Shown piece after piece: positions 39,433 to 41,367 of a DNA stretch of 41,367 nucleotides. The stretch is from Nitrososphaeraceae archaeon (GTDB taxonomy: Archaea > Thermoproteota > Nitrososphaeria > Nitrososphaerales > Nitrososphaeraceae), in NCBI GenBank assembly GCA_025937665.1, contig JAICQW010000001.1, positions 1-41,367 of the forward strand. The letters run 5' to 3'. The position numbers and the translations under genes were made by a program. The notes under the pieces were generated by a model. That model ran no database searches. It was not told where the DNA came from and saw only the letters and a program-made list of their open reading frames with translations. Numbering within the stretch: the stretch's first letter is position 1; each line of letters starts with the position of its first letter.

Positions 39433-40626
39433 ATGATGTATAGAATGAGAACTAAAAAATCAACTTATTCAAATTCTCACATACAGGAAGAAAAAAAAGA
39501 CGAGTCTGAAAATATTACCGAGAATTATGCTGATGATACTGTAAATAATCATGACCAATCAGAAAAAGAAGATAAAGATAATATTGTCATGAATGCGGAA
39601 ACATCGCTAACTACATTATCAGAACAATCTCCGATTAATGATCTGACAAATCTTGAAATTCAAGACATTGAAGGAATAGGCCCTACAACTTCAAAAAAAC
39701 TTAGAGAAGCAGGAATTTTTTCAGTTATGGACCTTGCTGTGGCAGGAGTTGAAGATCTAGCGGTAGATATTAATGCATCCAAAGAAAGCGCCGCTTCATT
39801 CATAATGGCAGCACAAAAACTATTAAGAGATTCAGATGTTCTTGATAAGGAATTCATTACTGCTGATACTGCACTTAAGAAAAGAAGATCATTGTTACGA
39901 TGTTCTACTGGTTCAAGTATGCTAGACGATTTATTCTTGGGAGGTATAGAAACGCAGGCAGTTACTGAACTTTATGGCGAATTTGGTTCGGGTAAATCAC
40001 AGATATGCCACACCATGTGCATTACTGCAGGACAACCAATAGAATCAGGTGGATTAAACAGTGGTGTTATCTATATTGATACTGAAGGGACATTTAGACC
40101 TGAAAGACTAGAGCAAATATCTAGTAGTAGAAACATAGATCCAGTAAATGCATTACAAAATGTAGCAGTATGTAAAGTCTACAATAGCGCACATTTAGAG
40201 TTAATAGTTAAAAATCTAGGAAAATATATAGATGATTACAAAGCAAAACTGGTTGTAGTCGATAGTATTATTTCATTGCACAGAGCGGAATTCTCTGGTA
40301 GAGGAACACTTGCTGATAGACAACAAAGACTTAATTCTATTATGCACAAACTTCTCCGAATATCAGAAATTTATAACATTGCAATAATAGTTACAAATCA
40401 GGTGCAATCTACTCCAGATACATTCTTTGGTGATCCAACAAAGCCGACCGGTGGAAATGTAATTGGCCATGCTTCAACTTATAGAGTGTATTTAAGAAAA
40501 TCTGGTGAAAACAGGGTAGCAAAAATGATCGATTCTCCCTATCATCCATACAGTGAAGTAAGGTTTACCGTCAATGAAAAAGGAGCAGATAACGTAGATG
40601 AGGGCAAAAAATCTAAGAAAGAATAA
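39433..40626 (+). CDS. radA: DNA repair and recombination protein RadA
   Basis: HhH GIGP, Walker A GEFGSGKSQ, IDTEGTFRPER, VVVDS, GRGTLADRQQ, TNQV, GGNVIGH. Confidence 0.97.
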   Translation: MMYRMRTKKSTYSNSHIQEEKKDESENITENYADDTVNNHDQSEKEDKDNIVMNAETSLTTLSEQSPINDLTNLEIQDIEGIGPTTSKKLREAGIFSVMDLAVAGVEDLAVDINASKESAASFIMAAQKLLRDSDVLDKEFITADTALKKRRSLLRCSTGSSMLDDLFLGGIETQAVTELYGEFGSGKSQICHTMCITAGQPIESGGLNSGVIYIDTEGTFRPERLEQISSSRNIDPVNALQNVAVCKVYNSAHLELIVKNLGKYIDDYKAKLVVVDSIISLHRAEFSGRGTLADRQQRLNSIMHKLLRISEIYNIAIIVTNQVQSTPDTFFGDPTKPTGGNVIGHASTYRVYLRKSGENRVAKMIDSPYHPYSEVRFTVNEKGADNVDEGKKSKKE

Positions 40627-40713
40627 ACCAATTTTTATTTTTTCTAATTAACCTGAGAGTTAAGCTAATGATTTAGAGGCAATGTATTCCATACAGAATC
40701 ATTAGTGCAACAC

Positions 40714-40838
40714 TCAACTATATTCAGGTTTGTGTTTCTCTTTATAATGTTCTAAATATTCAGATTCATTTTCAAATGTTTATTGCATTTACTGCACATC
40801 ACAGTTTCATCGTTGTCATTTTCCATTTCCAAATCCAT
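40714..40838 (-). pseudogene. Small C2H2 zinc-finger ORF with a one-base frameshift (or sequencing error)
   Basis: MDLEMENDNDETVMCSKCNK[T]FENESEYLEHYKEKHKPEYS* once one A is added in the run at 40779-40781. Confidence 0.6.
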
Positions 40839-40943
40839 CCAATACAACCATTTGTTGGTTTAAGAATTAACGGGCGGTGTTTGGGCTATGCGACTATCAT
40901 ATTCATAACACCATGGGATTTTGCAAAGCTTGCAAATGCAGTG

Positions 40944-41156
40944 CTAGTCTACAGCGAAGGATATTTTTACACAGGTTCGATAGTTTGTTATTTTTCCTGA
41001 TGTCGGGTCTACACGGGCAGTCATATCAACAACTTCAATTCCATGTATTCCATGTAAGGTCTTCTTTGCTTCATCTACGGCAACTTGAGCTGCATCTTCC
41101 CATCCCTTATCTGAGCTACCTATTATTTCGATTATCTTTGCAACATGATGTGTCAT
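40944..41156 (-). CDS. Dodecin family protein
   Basis: VAKIIEIIGSS..GWEDAAQ.AV..A.KTL..I......YR..VKISF; ATG at 41156. Confidence 0.9.
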   Translation of the reverse strand: MTHHVAKIIEIIGSSDKGWEDAAQVAVDEAKKTLHGIHGIEVVDMTARVDPTSGKITNYRTCVKISFAVD

Positions 41157-41367
41157 AACGGAATAATACACTGCATATGTTATAAGACTTGTGATAAAAT
41201 TCGACCAAGCGAGAAACACACGGATAAATGACAGTAATCAAACGGAAAGCAACAATTAAAAATAATGTTTACTACATTTTAGCATGATTCAATACAAAAA
41301 TAGGAATACAAGAATTCCAGAATTTCCTATTTTACTCCTCATTATTGCTACGTTGTTAATAATTCCA

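Overview
AT-rich archaeal window, most consistent with a soil ammonia-oxidising archaeon (Nitrososphaeraceae). This rests on RadA, a proteasome alpha subunit, an archaeal tRNA-Pro without encoded CCA, TATA-like boxes shortly before starts, and many small proteins resembling thaumarchaeal families. Left part: an NHEJ locus (Ku plus a single-chain PE-LIG-POL LigD, separated by four small genes), then a divergent copper module (Lrp/TRASH regulator and CopA) with a TACAnnTGTA palindrome between the genes. The 13.6-19 kb region is accessory and partly decayed, with a TPR/MFS chimeric pseudogene and a degenerate 38-bp direct repeat. A putative ~15.6-kb integrative island (19176-34738) is bounded by tRNA-Pro(CGG) and an exact 13-bp copy of its 3' end. 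It carries a degraded tyrosine integrase plus a PQQ sugar dehydrogenase, an RTX-repeat protein, CHRD, an AlgG-like beta-helix, a CPA2 antiporter, two USPs, an SPFH protein and a proteasome alpha subunit. Right part looks like backbone: LhgO-like oxidase, NUDIX, DUF790/Bax1-like nuclease divergent from radA, and dodecin. All calls come from motif recognition by eye; no searches were run.
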